A stretch of 64,000 nt of DNA from an uncultured Gammaproteobacteria bacterium (GCA_963714975.1 CAVQQD010000002.1:192001-256000), one strand, 5' to 3'; shown: positions 10,317 to 22,505, counted from the first letter of the stretch. Numbers and translations are program-made. Notes: a model not told the origin generated them from the sequence alone.

Positions 10317-11504
10317 ATGGGCAAAATGAAATTTGAGCGTACGCTCCCGCATGTCAATGTAGGAACCATAGGACACGTAGACCATGGTAAGACGACTCTG
10401 ACTGCCGCAATCACTAAAGTCATGCAAAAGTATGGGTTGCCGGCCTATGCCTTTGATCAAATTGATAAAGCGCCCGAAGAAAAAGCGCGCGGGATCACGA
10501 TTGCCACAGCACATGTGGAATACCAATCGCCCAATCGCCATTATGCTCACGTGGACTGCCCAGGCCATGCGGATTATGTGAAGAACATGATTACCGGTGC
10601 GGCGCAAATGGATGGAGCCATCTTGGTCGTCTCTGCTGCAGATGGTCCGATGCCACAAACCCGAGAACACATCTTATTAGCCCGTCAGGTGGGTGTGCCC
10701 AAGATTGTAGTATTTTTGAACAAAGTGGATATGGTTGACGATCCTGAATTATTAGAGCTAGTCGAGATGGAAGTCAGAGATTTATTGAATAAATATGATT
10801 TCCCAGGAGACGATACCCCCATCATCCGAGGATCCGCATTAAAGGCCTTGGAAGGAGATAGCAGTGACATTGGCACCGTGGCGATTGAGAAATTAGTCCA
10901 GGCCATGGACGATTACATCCCAATTCCTGATCGTCCCGTAGACCAACCCTTCTTGTTGCCGATTGAAGATGTGTTTTCGATTTCAGGTCGCGGCACTGTA
11001 GTCACGGGTCGCATCGAGCGCGGAGTTGTCAAGGTTGGGGAAGAAGTGGAGATTATTGGCTTAAGAGCGACGCAGAAAACGATTTGCACCGGAGTGGAGA
11101 TGTTCCGCAAGCTGTTGGATCAAGGTCAAGCCGGAGACAATGTCGGGGCATTACTCAGAGGGATCAGTCGAGAAGATGTAGAGCGAGGCCAAGTATTGGC
11201 CAAGCCTGGAAGCATTAAGCCGCATACGAAGTTTGAAGCCGAGGTATACGTGTTATCGAAAGATGAGGGAGGCAGACACACCCCATTTTTCAAAGGATAT
11301 CGTCCGCAATTTTACTTCCGTACCACGGACGTCACCGGGGAAGTCCATTTACCGGCAGATGTGGAGATGGTGATGCCGGGGGATAATATCACTGTGACAA
11401 TTGTATTAATATCGCCGATTGCGATGGAGAAGGGCTTGAAATTCGCCATTCGAGAAGGTGGTCGCACGGTGGGTGCAGGTATTGTTTCGAAGGTAATTGA
11501 ATAA
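10317..11504 (+). CDS. tuf: Elongation factor Tu
   Basis: [21 protein letters not shown] motifs. Confidence 0.99.
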   Translation: MGKMKFERTLPHVNVGTIGHVDHGKTTLTAAITKVMQKYGLPAYAFDQIDKAPEEKARGITIATAHVEYQSPNRHYAHVDCPGHADYVKNMITGAAQMDGAILVVSAADGPMPQTREHILLARQVGVPKIVVFLNKVDMVDDPELLELVEMEVRDLLNKYDFPGDDTPIIRGSALKALEGDSSDIGTVAIEKLVQAMDDYIPIPDRPVDQPFLLPIEDVFSISGRGTVVTGRIERGVVKVGEEVEIIGLRATQKTICTGVEMFRKLLDQGQAGDNVGALLRGISREDVERGQVLAKPGSIKPHTKFEAEVYVLSKDEGGRHTPFFKGYRPQFYFRTTDVTGEVHLPADVEMVMPGDNITVTIVLISPIAMEKGLKFAIREGGRTVGAGIVSKVIE

Positions 11505-11821
11505 TGGCGAAGAAAAATCAAAGAATATTGATACGTTTGAGAGCTTTTGATCATTGTTTGATCGATACCGCAATGCGAGAGATTGTGGATACTGCCAAGC
11601 GTACCGGGGCGCAAATTCGAGGCCCCATACCGTTACCAACACGTCTTGAGAGCTTTTCAGTTTTGATTTCACCTAATGCTGATAAGATCGCGCAAGATCA
11701 GTATGAAATGCGCACGCACAAGCGATTGGTAATTATTGTTCAGCCTACGGATAAAACAGTAGACGCTTTAATGAAGCTTGATTTAGCTGCTGGGGTAGAC
11801 GTACAAATAAGTGTGGATTAA
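11504..11821 (+). CDS. rpsJ: 30S ribosomal protein S10
   Basis: [26 protein letters not shown]. Confidence 0.98.
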   Translation: MAKKNQRILIRLRAFDHCLIDTAMREIVDTAKRTGAQIRGPIPLPTRLESFSVLISPNADKIAQDQYEMRTHKRLVIIVQPTDKTVDALMKLDLAAGVDVQISVD

Positions 11822-11828
11822 TGCTAAT

Positions 11829-11912
11829 GCCTTTTTCCTTAAGGAGAAGGGATCGAAGCGAACGCTAACCCCTTCTCCCCTTGGGGAGAAGGTGCCGAAG
11901 GCGGATGAGGGG
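11829..11912. repeat. REP-like element (family A) between rpsJ and rplC
   Basis: CCCTTCTCCCCTTGGGGAGAAGGTGCCGAAGGCGGATGAGGG. Confidence 0.85.
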
Positions 11913-11937
11913 GGGAAATACTAGTGGAGTTAATAAT

Positions 11938-12594
11938 ATGTCCATAGGGTTAGTTGGCCGTAAGTACGGCATGACGCGAGTTTTTACCGGAGAGGGTGTC
12001 TCAATTCCAGTGACGGCACTTTTAGTGGATCAAAACTATATCGTCCAAATTAAGACAAATGAAAAAGATGGCTACAGGGCACTGCAGGTTTCGGCGGGCT
12101 CGCAGTTAGCATCGCGTATTAACAAGCCATTAGCCGGGCATTATGCGAAAGCGGGTGTGGCAGCGGGCCGTGGCTTGTGGGAATTCCCTTTAGCTGAGGG
12201 TGAAGCAGAGGAGCTTTCTGTAGGATCTTCATTAACTATGGATTTGTTCCAAATCGGGCAAAAAGTAGATATTACTGGGGTTACGAAGGGTAAAGGTTTT
12301 GCTGGAACCATCAAGCGGCATCACTTCCATTCACAGGATGCTACCCATGGAAATTCTTTGGCGCATCGGGTTCCTGGATTTGTGGGTATGAATCAAAGTC
12401 CTGGTCGTGTCTTTAAAGGTAAAAAGATGGCGGGGCAGTTAGGGAATGTACAACGTACTCTGCAGAATCAAGAAATTGTTCTTATTGATACCGCTCGTAA
12501 TTTATTGTTTGTAAAAGGAGTGGCGCCAGGTGCAGTAGGTGGATATGTATTAATTAAGCCTTCGGTCAAACATTCAAAGAAAGAAGAGAGATAG
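11938..12594 (+). CDS. rplC: 50S ribosomal protein L3
   Basis: [32 protein letters not shown]; start moved past the REP-derived extension. Confidence 0.98.
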   Translation: MSIGLVGRKYGMTRVFTGEGVSIPVTALLVDQNYIVQIKTNEKDGYRALQVSAGSQLASRINKPLAGHYAKAGVAAGRGLWEFPLAEGEAEELSVGSSLTMDLFQIGQKVDITGVTKGKGFAGTIKRHHFHSQDATHGNSLAHRVPGFVGMNQSPGRVFKGKKMAGQLGNVQRTLQNQEIVLIDTARNLLFVKGVAPGAVGGYVLIKPSVKHSKKEER

Positions 12595-12598
12595 TCAC

Positions 12599-13216
12599 AT
12601 GCACATTAGTATTATCACTCCGGGGCAATCCGAGAAAACGACCATAGAAGTCTCTGATAGAGCTTTTAGTTGTGTATATAACGAAGCTTTAGTGCATCAG
12701 GTTGTGACTGCCTACCAGGCAGGTGCACGTGCGGGTACTAAAGCCCAGAAAACCCGCGCTGAGGTGAGTGGCGGTGGTGCTAAACCTTGGCGACAAAAAG
12801 GTACAGGCCGTGCTCGGGCTGGCTCTATTCGTAGTCCTTTGTGGCGAAAAGGCGGTAAGATTTTTGCAGCAGTGCCACGAAGTTATGCGCAAAAAGTCAA
12901 TCGAAAGATGTACCAAGGGGCTATGCGTTCAATTTTATCTGAATTATCGCGTCAAGATCGTTTAGTTGTAGTTAATGATTTCTTGTTAGACCAGCCAAAG
13001 ACTAAGGCCTTATTAATTAAATTAAACGAATTAAATCTGCAAAATACCTTAATTGTCAGTGATAGCATTGATCGCAACTTAATTTTGGCTGCAAGAAATT
13101 TACATAAAGTGCTACTGTGCACACCTGAACAGGTCACTCCCGTTAATTTGATTGCTTTTGATAAGGTGTTGTTCACAGTTAATGCAGTAAAACAAGTGGA
13201 GGCTGTATTACAATGA
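12599..13216 (+). CDS. rplD: 50S ribosomal protein L4
   Basis: [15 protein letters not shown]. Confidence 0.98.
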   Translation: MHISIITPGQSEKTTIEVSDRAFSCVYNEALVHQVVTAYQAGARAGTKAQKTRAEVSGGGAKPWRQKGTGRARAGSIRSPLWRKGGKIFAAVPRSYAQKVNRKMYQGAMRSILSELSRQDRLVVVNDFLLDQPKTKALLIKLNELNLQNTLIVSDSIDRNLILAARNLHKVLLCTPEQVTPVNLIAFDKVLFTVNAVKQVEAVLQ

Positions 13217-13515
13217 GCTATACATTTCCTGAAGAAAAACTCATGAAAATTTTGTTAGAGCCACGAATTACTGAAAAAAGCTCTTTGGTAAGTCAGTATC
13301 GACAATATGTATTTAAGGTCCACAAGGATGCCACTAAGCCAGACATCAAACGGGCTGTGGAGTTTTTATTTGAAGTCGAAGTAGAGGCGGTACAAGTAAG
13401 TTTAGTGAAAAGCAAGGCAAAACGTTTTGGCGGCATTCAAGGTCGGCGTAAAGGTTGGAAAAAGGCCTATGTTAAATTGGCAGAAGGTTACAAAATAGAA
13501 TTTGCTACTGCGTAG
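13213..13515 (+). CDS. rplW: 50S ribosomal protein L23
   Basis: [15 protein letters not shown]. Confidence 0.97.
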   Translation: MSYTFPEEKLMKILLEPRITEKSSLVSQYRQYVFKVHKDATKPDIKRAVEFLFEVEVEAVQVSLVKSKAKRFGGIQGRRKGWKKAYVKLAEGYKIEFATA

Positions 13516-13531
13516 GGATTATTTAGACTGC

Positions 13532-13630
13532 GCCCGTGGCGTGAATCCACAGGCTTGCCCAAGAGGGAGAGTTGCACTTCTCCCTCTTGGTAATCCCCCC
13601 TGGCTTTGTTCATGGGCTTACGTCCATGGC
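13532..13630. repeat. Degenerate palindromic element (family C) between rplW and rplB
   Basis: GCCCGTGG-CGTGAAT-CCACAGGC and AAGAGGGAGA...TCTCCCTCTT hairpins in an expanded spacer. Confidence 0.5.
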
Positions 13631-13652
13631 TTATTTTAGGAGCTATAAAAGT

Positions 13653-14479
13653 ATGTTAGTGAAAAGCAAACCCACGTCTCCAGGGCGTCGGTTTTTAATC
13701 AAAGTGGTCAATCCAGAATTGCATAAAGGCCCTCCGTGCAAGGCATTATTGAAGAAGAAAATCCGCAGCGGTGGGCGTAACAATCAAGGTCGGATTACCG
13801 TTCGTCAACATGGGGGCGGCCATAAAAAACATTATCGTGTTATTGATTTTAAACGTGATAAAGAAGGTATCGTGGGTGTTGTTGAGCGGTTGGAATATGA
13901 TCCCAATCGGACTGCTTATATTGCTCTAGTTTTATATAAAGATGGTGAGCGTCGTTACGTGATTGCTGCGAAGGGAATGGCTTAGTGGCGCAGAAATAGT
14001 TTCTGGGGTGAGGGCTCCGATCAAACCAGGCAATACGATGCCTTTACAAAACGTACCGATTGGCGCTACTATTCATTGCATTGAGCTAAAGCCTGGTAAA
14101 GGGGCGCAAATTGCGCGTAGTGCAGGTGCCTCAGCCCAATTAGTAGCACGTGATGGAGCTCATGCCTCAATTCGCTTGCGTTCGGGTGAAATACGTCGAG
14201 TGTTAGCTGCTTGCAAAGCGACCATTGGTGAAGTTTCTAATGCTGAAAATAATTTGCGTTCCTTGGGCAAGGCGGGTGCTTCGCGTTGGCGAGGCATTAG
14301 ACCCACCGTCCGAGGAGTTGCAATGAATCCTGTAGATCATCCTCATGGTGGTGGTGAAGGTAAAACTTCAGGGGGTCGTCACCCGGTTACTCCTTGGGGG
14401 CAGCCAACTAAAGGGCTATAAAACACGTAAAAATAAGCGTACTGCGAATCAAATTATTAAGGACCGCCGTGCTAAATAA
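13653..14479 (+). CDS. rplB: 50S ribosomal protein L2 (apparent frameshifts near 13980 and 14413)
   Basis: [34 protein letters not shown]; C-terminal YKTRKNKRT...RRAK in a shifted frame. Confidence 0.95.
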
Positions 14480-14481
14480 AA

Positions 14482-14524
14482 TCCTTTTCCCCTTGTGGGA
14501 GAAGGTGCTGAAGGCGGATAAGGG
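14482..14524. repeat. REP-like element (family A) between rplB and rpsS
   Basis: CCTTTTCCCCTTGTGGGAGAAGGTGCTGAAGGCGGATAAGGG. Confidence 0.8.
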
Positions 14525-14550
14525 TAATATTTAAGAGGCAGGTAGAAAAT

Positions 14551-14835
14551 ATGTCGCGATCAATAAAAAAAGGTTATTTTGTCGATCATCATTTATTAAA
14601 CAAAATTCGAGAGGCATCCTCGAAGGATAGTAAGCGCCCCATAAAAACTTGGTCGCGTCGATCAATGGTTATTCCTGAAATGTTGGGCCTAACCATTGCT
14701 GTGCATAATGGTAAGCAGCACATCCCCGTTTATATTAATGAGAACATGGTAGGGCATAAGTTAGGAGAGTTTGCATTTACTCGTACTTTCTGAGCCCATT
14801 CTGGGGATAAAAAAGTCAAGAAAGAAGGTGAATAG
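14551..14835 (+). CDS. rpsS: 30S ribosomal protein S19 (in-frame TGA at 14791)
   Basis: [15 protein letters not shown]; the frame continues after the TGA as [13 protein letters not shown]. Confidence 0.95.
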
Positions 14836-14836
14836 T

Positions 14837-15175
14837 ATGGAAGTTGTAGCTAGAGCTAAAAATGCACGAATTTCCGCACAAAAAGCTCGATTAGTGGCGG
14901 ATTTAATTCGGGGTTACCTGTTGATAATGCATTAGATACTTTACGGTTTAGTCGAAAAAAAGCGGCAGCCCTGGTTAAAAAAGTTTTGGATTCTGCGATT
15001 GCAAATGCAGAACATAATGAGGGAGCTGATGTTGATCGAATTAAAAGTATCTACGGTTTATGTAGATGAAGGCCCGACTTTAAAACGGATGCATGCTCGT
15101 GCTAAAGGGCGAGGGGCACGCATTTTGAAACGCACCTGTCATATCACAGTCAAAGTTTCAGAAAATACTGAATAA
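14837..15175 (+). CDS. rplV: 50S ribosomal protein L22 (two apparent frameshifts; missing from the ORF track)
   Basis: Read by hand: [50 protein letters not shown]. Confidence 0.93.
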
Positions 15176-15188
15176 GAGAGAGAGCTTC

Positions 15189-15872
15189 ATGGGACAAAAA
15201 GTAAATCCAGTAGGAATTCGCTTAGGTATTATTAAAGATTGGACCTCCACATGGTATGCAGGCAATCAATATGCTGATTACCTTAATACTGATATGAGAG
15301 TCAGAGCCTATTTGCAAAAAAAATTAGTGGGCGCTGGAGTAAGCCGCATTCAAATTCGCACGACCTGCACGCAATGCGCAAATTACTATTTACAGCGCTC
15401 GACCTGGCGTTATTATTGGAAAAAAAGGCGGAGATGTTGATGACTTAAGGCAGGCTGTTGCTCGACTGATGCGTGTTCCGGTGCACATTAATATCGAAGA
15501 AATTCGAAAACCTGAACTAGATGCTAAATTAGTAGCACAAAGTATTGCTCAGCAAATTGAGCGCCGCGTGATGTTTCGACGTGCTATGAAGCGTGCGGTA
15601 CAAAATGCCATGCGGCATGGCGCCTTAGGGATTAAAGTGACAGTCAGCGGCCGTTTAGGGGGGTCTGAAATTGCGCGTACTGAATGGTATCGTGAAGGTC
15701 GAGTGCCTTTACATACTTTTCGAGCTGATATTGATTATGCAACCGCTGAATTTCACAAACTACTTATGGTGTGATTGGTGTCAAGGTTTGGATTTTTAAA
15801 GGTGAAGTGTTTGGTCGAATAAACCAACAAGAAAAGCCGGTAGAACCATCTAATAAAGAGCAAAGTAGCTAA
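15189..15872 (+). CDS. rpsC: 30S ribosomal protein S3 (two apparent frameshifts)
   Basis: [39 protein letters not shown] in successive frames. Confidence 0.95.
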
Positions 15873-15885
15873 AGAGGACTGAAGG

Positions 15886-16299
15886 ATGTTACAGCCAAAA
15901 CGAACGAAGTTCCGTAAACAATTTAAAGATCGAAATCGTGGTCTAGCGATTAGAGGATCGAAGATCAGCTTTGGTGAATTTGGTCTTAAAGCAACAGGTC
16001 GTGGTCGTCTGACAGCTCGACAACTTGAAGCAGCAAGACGAGCCATCACTCGTCATATTAAACGTGGTGGTAAAATTTGGATTCGGGTTTTTCCAGATAA
16101 GCCAATTACTAAAAAACCTTTAGAAGTGCGACAAGGCAAGGGTAAAGGTCCGGTTGAATATTGGGTCTTTCAAGTACAGCCAGGTCGTGTATTGTTTGAA
16201 ATTGAAGGTGTCCCTGAAGAATTAGCACGTGAGGCCTTTGCCTTAGCGGCAGCTAAATTGCCAATGGCTACCTCATTTGTTGAAAGGACGGTAATGTAA
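15886..16299 (+). CDS. rplP: 50S ribosomal protein L16
   Basis: [21 protein letters not shown]. Confidence 0.99.
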   Translation: MLQPKRTKFRKQFKDRNRGLAIRGSKISFGEFGLKATGRGRLTARQLEAARRAITRHIKRGGKIWIRVFPDKPITKKPLEVRQGKGKGPVEYWVFQVQPGRVLFEIEGVPEELAREAFALAAAKLPMATSFVERTVM

Positions 16300-16493
16300 T
16301 GAAAGCAAATGAATTAAGACAGAAAGAACCGGTTGGGCTTAAAGAAGAGTTGCGTGAGTTATATCGTGAACAATTTAACTTGCGAATGCAGGCTCAAGAA
16401 ACAGCTGGAAAGGGCCAACCGCAGGGGTTAAAGCGGGTTCGTCGTGATATAGCGCGAGTTAAAACCATACTGCGCGAAAAAGAGGAAAAATAA
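16299..16493 (+). CDS. rpmC: 50S ribosomal protein L29
   Basis: [24 protein letters not shown]. Confidence 0.97.
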   Translation: MKANELRQKEPVGLKEELRELYREQFNLRMQAQETAGKGQPQGLKRVRRDIARVKTILREKEEK

Positions 16494-16756
16494 TGACAGA
16501 GCCAGAGAAAAAAAATCTTCGCACCCTGGTGGGTAGGGTCATCAGTAATAAAATGCGTAAATCAGCAGTAGTTGCTGTTGAGCGGCGGGTTATCCACCCA
16601 ATCATAGGCAAGCATGTGCTTCGGTCGACTAACCTCACAATCGATGATCCAGGAAATGCCTGTCAAGACGGTGATGTGGTTAAAATCCGTGAACGCCGAC
16701 CTTTATCCAAAAATAAAAATTGGGAATTGGTTGAAGTCTTGGAAAAAAACCAATAG
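16493..16756 (+). CDS. rpsQ: 30S ribosomal protein S17
   Basis: [17 protein letters not shown]. Confidence 0.97.
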   Translation: MTEPEKKNLRTLVGRVISNKMRKSAVVAVERRVIHPIIGKHVLRSTNLTIDDPGNACQDGDVVKIRERRPLSKNKNWELVEVLEKNQ

Positions 16757-16786
16757 AATCACCCACCTTTGTGAGTGGAGAATATT

Positions 16787-17155
16787 ATGATACAAATGCA
16801 GTCCCTTCTCGATGTAGCTGATAATAGCGGCGCACGCAAGGTAATGTGTATTAAGGTGTTAGGGGGTTCAAAACGAAGATATGCTGGAATTGGCGATGTC
16901 ATTAAAGTGACGGTTAAAGAGGCAATTCCGCGTGGGAAAGTAAAGAAGGGTGATGTATACGATGCCGTGGTAGTTCGTACCAGAAATGGGGTTCGACGAC
17001 CTGATGGTTCAGTGATTAATTTTGATGGTAACGCTGTGGTTTTATTAAATCAGCAATTACAACCAATTGGCACGCGTATTTTTGGACCGGTGACCCGAGA
17101 GCTACGTACAGAGAAATTTATGAAAATTATTTCTTTAGCTCCGGAAGTTATTTAG
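16787..17155 (+). CDS. rplN: 50S ribosomal protein L14
   Basis: [24 protein letters not shown]. Confidence 0.99.
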   Translation: MIQMQSLLDVADNSGARKVMCIKVLGGSKRRYAGIGDVIKVTVKEAIPRGKVKKGDVYDAVVVRTRNGVRRPDGSVINFDGNAVVLLNQQLQPIGTRIFGPVTRELRTEKFMKIISLAPEVI

Positions 17156-17165
17156 TAGCGCGCAT

Positions 17166-17258
17166 GTCGTTCCTGCAGGAAGCAGGGATCCAGTCTGCAG
17201 GATGCAATGAGTTTCACATCCTTGTGGTCTGGATCCTGGCATCCTGCCGGGATGAAGA
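17166..17258. repeat. Family-B palindromic doublet between rplN and rplX
   Basis: GTCGTTCCTGCAGGAAGCAGGGATCCAG...CTGGATCCTGGCATCCTGCCGGGATG; similar copy at 23447-23517. Confidence 0.8.
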
Positions 17259-17275
17259 ACGGGAGGAGTCATTTA

Positions 17276-17605
17276 ATGGCAGCTAAAATTAAAAAAGGTG
17301 ATGAAGTAATTGTCATCAGAGGTAAATATAAAGGTCGTCGTGGCTCGGTGATTCGGAAAATGACTACTGGACGCATTTTAGTTGAGGGCGTTAACATCAT
17401 TTCCAAGCATGTGCGTCCTAATCCAAACTTAGGGATTCAAGGCGGAATTGACAAAAAAGAGGCGCCAATTGATGCTTCTAATGTAGCGATATTCAATCCG
17501 GTCACTCAAAAAGCCGACCGTGTTGGGTTTAAAATTCTAGAGAATGGCAACAAGGTTCGTTACTATAAATCCAATAACGAAATTATAGATATTGAGAAGG
17601 TCTGA
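17276..17605 (+). CDS. rplX: 50S ribosomal protein L24
   Basis: [23 protein letters not shown]. Confidence 0.97.
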   Translation: MAAKIKKGDEVIVIRGKYKGRRGSVIRKMTTGRILVEGVNIISKHVRPNPNLGIQGGIDKKEAPIDASNVAIFNPVTQKADRVGFKILENGNKVRYYKSNNEIIDIEKV

Positions 17606-17612
17606 AAAAACC

Positions 17613-18161
17613 ATGGTAGCTCGATTGAAACAACAATATCATCAAGAAATAGTCCCAAGTTTGATGAAAAAATTTAATTATAGAAGTGTCATGCAAGTGC
17701 CACGACTAATGAAAATTACTTTAAATATGGGAGTGGGTGAGGCAACTTCTGATAAGAAAATCATTGATCATGCTACGTCAGATTTGGCGCGTATTTCAGG
17801 GCAAAAAGCGGTGGTTACGAATGCACGTCAATCTATTGCTGGCTTTAAAATTCGGGAGGGGTATCCTATTGGCTGTAAGGTGACTTTGCGCGGGGAACGG
17901 ATGTTTGAATTTTTGGATCGTTTAGTTAATATTGCGATTCCACGCATCCGAGATTTTAGAGGCATGAGTGCCAGGTCATTTGATGGTACAGGCAACTATA
18001 CCCTGGGCATTCGGGAGCAGATTGTTTTTCCTGAAATTGAATATGATAAAATTGACAAGCTTCGTGGGCTCAATATTACTATTACCATGACAGCTCAAAC
18101 TGATGCTGAAGGCCGTGCTTTATTAGCTGCTTTTAAGTTTCCATTTAAGGAGGGAGGTTAA
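17613..18161 (+). CDS. rplE: 50S ribosomal protein L5
   Basis: [17 protein letters not shown]. Confidence 0.98.
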   Translation: MVARLKQQYHQEIVPSLMKKFNYRSVMQVPRLMKITLNMGVGEATSDKKIIDHATSDLARISGQKAVVTNARQSIAGFKIREGYPIGCKVTLRGERMFEFLDRLVNIAIPRIRDFRGMSARSFDGTGNYTLGIREQIVFPEIEYDKIDKLRGLNITITMTAQTDAEGRALLAAFKFPFKEGG

Positions 18162-18168
18162 AAAATAA

Positions 18169-18474
18169 ATGGCAAAAAAATCGATGATTGCTCGTGAAAA
18201 ACGTCGAGTGGTGTTAAGTGAGCGAAATAAAACAAAACGTATTGCTTTGTCTATAACAATTGCCGATCCGAATTCTTCTTACGAAGAAAAGTTAGCTGCT
18301 GTTGTTAAATTGAATAAGAGGTCGCGCGATGAAAGCCCTTGTCGGGTAAAAAGACGATGTCAGCAATGTGGTCGACCAAGGGCTGTTTACCGAAGATTTG
18401 GTTTGTGTCGAATATGTTTAAGAGAAGCCGCTATGCGGGGTGATGTACCTGGACTAACTAAATCCAGTTGGTAA
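18169..18474 (+). CDS. rpsN: 30S ribosomal protein S14 (long form, four Cys retained)
   Basis: MAKKSMI...RCQQCGRPR...LCRICLRE...PGLTKSSW. Confidence 0.98.
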   Translation: MAKKSMIAREKRRVVLSERNKTKRIALSITIADPNSSYEEKLAAVVKLNKRSRDESPCRVKRRCQQCGRPRAVYRRFGLCRICLREAAMRGDVPGLTKSSW

Positions 18475-18493
18475 TTTCAAAAGAGGTTAATTC

Positions 18494-18888
18494 ATGAGCT
18501 TGCAAGATCCAATAGCCGATATGTTAACTAGGCTACGCAATGCCCAAGCAGTGGAAAAAAAGAAGTTAGTTTAATTTATTCACGAATAAATTTTGCTATC
18601 GCACAGCTTTTAAAAGAAGAAGGGTATATTCTCGACTGTCAGAAGTCGGAAGTGCTTGGTAAAGCGTCATTACGAGTAGAGTTAAAATATTTTCAAAATA
18701 AACCAGTAATCAGTTATATTAAACGGGTCAGCCGACCGGGACTACGCCGGTATTTAGGTACACGAGAGTTGCCTAAAATTTTAAATGGGCTTGGTATAGC
18801 CATTGTATCTACTCCTAAAGGTTTAATGACCGACAAAAAAGCTCGAGCAGTAGGTCATGGTGGTGAAGTATTGTGTTATGTCTACTAG
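18494..18888 (+). CDS. rpsH: 30S ribosomal protein S8 (apparent frameshift in an A-run near 18560)
   Basis: MSLQDPIADMLTRLRNAQ, then KEEGYI...RVSRPGLR...STPKGLMTD. Confidence 0.95.
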
Positions 18889-18903
18889 GGGTTAGGGGAG
18901 AGG

Positions 18904-19449
18904 ATGTCAAGAGTCGCAAAAAAATTAATTGAACTTCCTAAGGGAGTGGATGTTGCTGTTGAAGGACAACTCGTTACCATTAAAGGTGCGAAAGGAAATT
19001 TGCAAAAAACTGTCCACTTTGCGGTACGGGTAGTCAAAGAAGATAATGTGATTAAGTTACTACCACGCACAGATGCGGGGGTCGATTTTAAAATTGCCGA
19101 TGCCAATGCTGGGACAGCCCGGGCAAATTTACAGAACATGGTGATTGGAGTTAGCCAAGGATTTGAACGTAAGCTTGTTTTGATAGGGGTTGGTTACCGT
19201 GCTCAGGCTCAAGGTAATGAATTGTCTTTATCGTTAGGGTTTTCTCACCCAGTTAAGTATAGTGTTCCTAATGGAATTAGTATTGAAACTCCCAGTGCTA
19301 CGGAGGTTGTGGTTAAAGGGAGCGACATTGAAATGGTCGGCCAGGTGGCAGCCAATATTCGGTCTTTTAGGCCGCCTGAGCCTTATAAAGGTAAAGGAAT
19401 TCGCTATTTGAATGAGCAAATTGCTCTGAAAGAAGGTAAGAAGAAATAA
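18904..19449 (+). CDS. rplF: 50S ribosomal protein L6
   Basis: [20 protein letters not shown]. Confidence 0.98.
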   Translation: MSRVAKKLIELPKGVDVAVEGQLVTIKGAKGNLQKTVHFAVRVVKEDNVIKLLPRTDAGVDFKIADANAGTARANLQNMVIGVSQGFERKLVLIGVGYRAQAQGNELSLSLGFSHPVKYSVPNGISIETPSATEVVVKGSDIEMVGQVAANIRSFRPPEPYKGKGIRYLNEQIALKEGKKK

Positions 19450-19796
19450 TGGATAAGAAGCTAGCTCGAATAAGAAGATCTATGCGTGGTCGATCTAGAA
19501 TGAAAACACTGGCCGCTATTCGCTTGTGTGTTCACAGAACACCTCAGCATATTTATGCCCAAGTCATTGATGGTTCCAATGTTTTGGTTTCTGCATCAAC
19601 CTTGGATGGGGAGTTTAAGAGTCAAACCGCCTCGTTGGGGAATGCCAAAGCTGCTAAAGAAGTGGGTAAATTGGTGGCTAAGCGTGCCTTGGAATTGGGA
19701 ATAAAAAAAGTTGCCTTTGATCGTAGCGGGTTTAAGTACCATGGTCGAGTCATGGCCTTAGCCGAAGGTGCTCGTGAAGGTGGGTTAGAATTTTAG
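19449..19796 (+). CDS. rplR: 50S ribosomal protein L18
   Basis: [12 protein letters not shown]. Confidence 0.98.
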   Translation: MDKKLARIRRSMRGRSRMKTLAAIRLCVHRTPQHIYAQVIDGSNVLVSASTLDGEFKSQTASLGNAKAAKEVGKLVAKRALELGIKKVAFDRSGFKYHGRVMALAEGAREGGLEF

Positions 19797-19811
19797 CAAA
19801 AGGGTAATTTA

Positions 19812-20318
19812 ATGCGCAGCTATGATACTGCAACAACAAGTGATGGTAATCAAGAAAAGCTTGTTCATGTTCGACGCACAGCCAAAGTGGTAAAAGGAGG
19901 ACGCAAGTTTCGTTTTTCTGCTTTAGTTGTGGTGGGAAATGGTAAGGGAAGATTAGGTGTCGGGCGCGGTAAGGCGAACGAAGTGTCTGGCGCCATTGAG
20001 AAAGCGAATCAAAATGCCAGACGTAACATGATCCAAGTTGAGTTGTGTGGAACTACCTTGCAACATGCCGTTGTGGCTCGACATGGTGCCTCTAAAGTTT
20101 TAATTAAGCCTGCTTCAGAAGGAACCGGGGTCATCGCTGGAAATGCAATGCGAGCTGTGTTTGAAGTGATGGGTGTCAGCAATGTATTGGCAAAATGTAT
20201 TGGTTCTTCTAATCCTGTTAATGTAGTGAGAGCTACTATTAAAGGATTGCAATCAATAGTTTCTCCTTCCTATATTGCTGAGAAAAGGGGTAAATCTGTA
20301 GAAGAAATTTTGGAATAG
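19812..20318 (+). CDS. rpsE: 30S ribosomal protein S5
   Basis: [22 protein letters not shown]. Confidence 0.98.
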   Translation: MRSYDTATTSDGNQEKLVHVRRTAKVVKGGRKFRFSALVVVGNGKGRLGVGRGKANEVSGAIEKANQNARRNMIQVELCGTTLQHAVVARHGASKVLIKPASEGTGVIAGNAMRAVFEVMGVSNVLAKCIGSSNPVNVVRATIKGLQSIVSPSYIAEKRGKSVEEILE

Positions 20319-20323
20319 GCATT

Positions 20324-20518
20324 ATGACTCCGCAAGTTAAGCAAGTTAAAATTACGCTAGTGCGCAGCTTATGTAAATGTCTTCCTAAACACATTGCTTG
20401 TGCACATGGTTTAGGCTTACGTAAGATCAATCAAACAGTAGAATTACCTTACACCGATTGTAATCGTGGGATGATAAATAAAATATCTTATCTTCTTAAA
20501 ATAGAAAATATAACTTGA
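20324..20518 (+). CDS. rpmD: 50S ribosomal protein L30
   Basis: [25 protein letters not shown]; operon position. Confidence 0.95.
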   Translation: MTPQVKQVKITLVRSLCKCLPKHIACAHGLGLRKINQTVELPYTDCNRGMINKISYLLKIENIT

Positions 20519-20554
20519 CGTCATTCCTGCGTCGATTTGAAATAGGAAAGTATT

Positions 20555-20989
20555 ATGCGTTTCAATACATTAAAACCAGCATTCGGATCAAAGAAAACGC
20601 CTAAGCGTGTGGGTAGAGGCATTGGTTCAGGATTAGGCAAAACTTGTGGTAGAGGCCATAAAGGACAGCGTGCAAGAGCCGGGGGATACCATAAAGTAGG
20701 TTTTGAAGGCGGGCAAATGCCTTTGCAACGTCGTCTGCCTAAATTTGGTTTCACTTCCTTGTCGGCAATTTATACCGCTGAAGTTCGCTTACATGAATTA
20801 AATAAAATTTCAGAAAATCAGGTATCTTTGGAGTTATTGAAGAAATTTAATATCATATCCAGTTGTATTTGCCGAGTAAAAATAATTGCTTCGGGTAAAA
20901 TTGATCGAGCTTTCACGTTCTCGGGGGTAAAGGTTACGGCAGGTGCAAAAGCAGCCATTGAAGCGGCAGGCGGGAAGGTTGTGGAATAA
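20555..20989 (+). CDS. rplO: 50S ribosomal protein L15
   Basis: [20 protein letters not shown]. Confidence 0.98.
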   Translation: MRFNTLKPAFGSKKTPKRVGRGIGSGLGKTCGRGHKGQRARAGGYHKVGFEGGQMPLQRRLPKFGFTSLSAIYTAEVRLHELNKISENQVSLELLKKFNIISSCICRVKIIASGKIDRAFTFSGVKVTAGAKAAIEAAGGKVVE

Positions 20990-22317
20990 TGGCAAATCCA
21001 AGTTTGGGTCTGGGATTATCTCAAGGTGGGCTGGGTGAGCTGAAGCGTAGGCTCCTCTTTGTCCTCATTGGTATCATTATTTATCGGATTGGAGCGCATA
21101 TCCCCGTCCCCGGTATAGACCCGGTACGATTAGCCAATTTATTCAATCAAGAAGGACAGGGAGGGATACTTGGTTTATTTAATATGTTTTCTGGCGGTGC
21201 TTTGCAACGCTTTACGGTGTTTGCTTTAAATGTAATGCCGTATATTTCTGCTTCCATTATAATGCAGCTGTTTACGGTGGTTTCTCCACGGCTGGAACAG
21301 CTCAAAAAAGAAGGTGAGGCAGGTAGACGAAAAATTAATCAGTATACGCGCTATGGGACATTGTTATTAGGTGCTTTTCAAGGATTGGGGATTTCTAAAT
21401 GGTTGGCGAGTCAAGGTACAGTATTAGCTCCTGGTTTTGGCTTTTATTTTGTGTCAACGCTTACCTTAGTGACTGGAACTATGTTTTTGGTTTGGTTAGG
21501 AGAACAAATAACTGAACGTGGTGTTGGGAATGGGATATCCCTCATTATATTTGCTGGAATTGTTTCTCGTTTCCCTTCTGCTATTGCCGAAGTCATGACG
21601 CAAGTGCGGCAGGGGCAAATGCAAGTGATTTCCATGCTTTTACTGTTAGCTGTAGTGGTTGGCGTTACTGCATTTGTGGTTTTTATGGAGCGAGCCCAGC
21701 GGAAAATTACGGTAAATTATGCGCGGCGACAGCAAGGAAGAAAGTTATATGCGGCTCAAAGTAGTCATTTGCCTTTAAAAATTAATATGGCAGGAGTTAT
21801 CCCGCCGATTTTTGCATCAAGTATTATTTTATTTCCAGGAACTATAGCTCAGTGGTTTGCTAATGTGCCAGGAATGGGTTGGTTAACCCAAGTGAGCGTT
21901 ATGCTATCGCCTGGTCAGCCTTTGTATTTATTGTTTGACGCGATTGCTATTATATTCTTTTGTTTCTTTTATACTGCGTTAGTATTTAATCCAAAAGAAA
22001 CTGCAGATAATTTAAAAAAATCAGGTGCATTTATCTCAGGTATGCGACCTGGAGATCAAACTGCGAATTATATTGATTTGGTGATGACGCGATTGACATT
22101 GGTGGGTGCTGCTTATTTGACGTTAGTATCATTGATGCCTGAATTTTTTATTATTACTTGGCATGTGCCATTTTATTTTGGCGGTACTTCATTATTGATT
22201 GTGGTTGTGGTGTTGATGGATTTCATGGCACAAATCCAAGCTCACCTGATGTCTCATCAATATGAATCAATTTTGAAAAAAGCGAATTTAAAAGGTCGCA
22301 GTGGTTTTGGTTTTTAA
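20989..22317 (+). CDS. secY: Preprotein translocase subunit SecY
   Basis: [26 protein letters not shown]. Confidence 0.99.
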   Translation: MANPSLGLGLSQGGLGELKRRLLFVLIGIIIYRIGAHIPVPGIDPVRLANLFNQEGQGGILGLFNMFSGGALQRFTVFALNVMPYISASIIMQLFTVVSPRLEQLKKEGEAGRRKINQYTRYGTLLLGAFQGLGISKWLASQGTVLAPGFGFYFVSTLTLVTGTMFLVWLGEQITERGVGNGISLIIFAGIVSRFPSAIAEVMTQVRQGQMQVISMLLLLAVVVGVTAFVVFMERAQRKITVNYARRQQGRKLYAAQSSHLPLKINMAGVIPPIFASSIILFPGTIAQWFANVPGMGWLTQVSVMLSPGQPLYLLFDAIAIIFFCFFYTALVFNPKETADNLKKSGAFISGMRPGDQTANYIDLVMTRLTLVGAAYLTLVSLMPEFFIITWHVPFYFGGTSLLIVVVVLMDFMAQIQAHLMSHQYESILKKANLKGRSGFGF

Positions 22318-22344
22318 TTTATCCTTCATATATTCTCGGCATTA

Positions 22345-22471
22345 ATCCTTCTCCCCTTGTGGGAGAAGGTGGCCGCAGGCCGGATGAGGGGGGAAGTTAG
22401 GTAGAGGGTGGTGCTGGATTCAGCTCACCCCTCATCCGCCTTCGGCACCTTCTCCCACAAGGGGAGAAGGA
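22345..22471. repeat. REP-like doublet (family A) between secY and rpmJ
   Basis: CCTTCTCCCCTTGTGGGAGAAGG...GGATGAGGG and inverted CCCTCATCC...CCTTCTCCCACAAGGGGAGAAGG. Confidence 0.87.
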
Positions 22472-22505
22472 ATAAGGTTGAAGGTATTAATTGGGGGATC
22501 CAATA

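Noticed and set aside
14791-14793. In-frame TGA in rpsS as evidence of an alternative genetic code
   Set aside because: TGA is a normal stop for rplX, rpmD and rpsK, Trp is TGG, and neighbouring genes carry clear sequence errors
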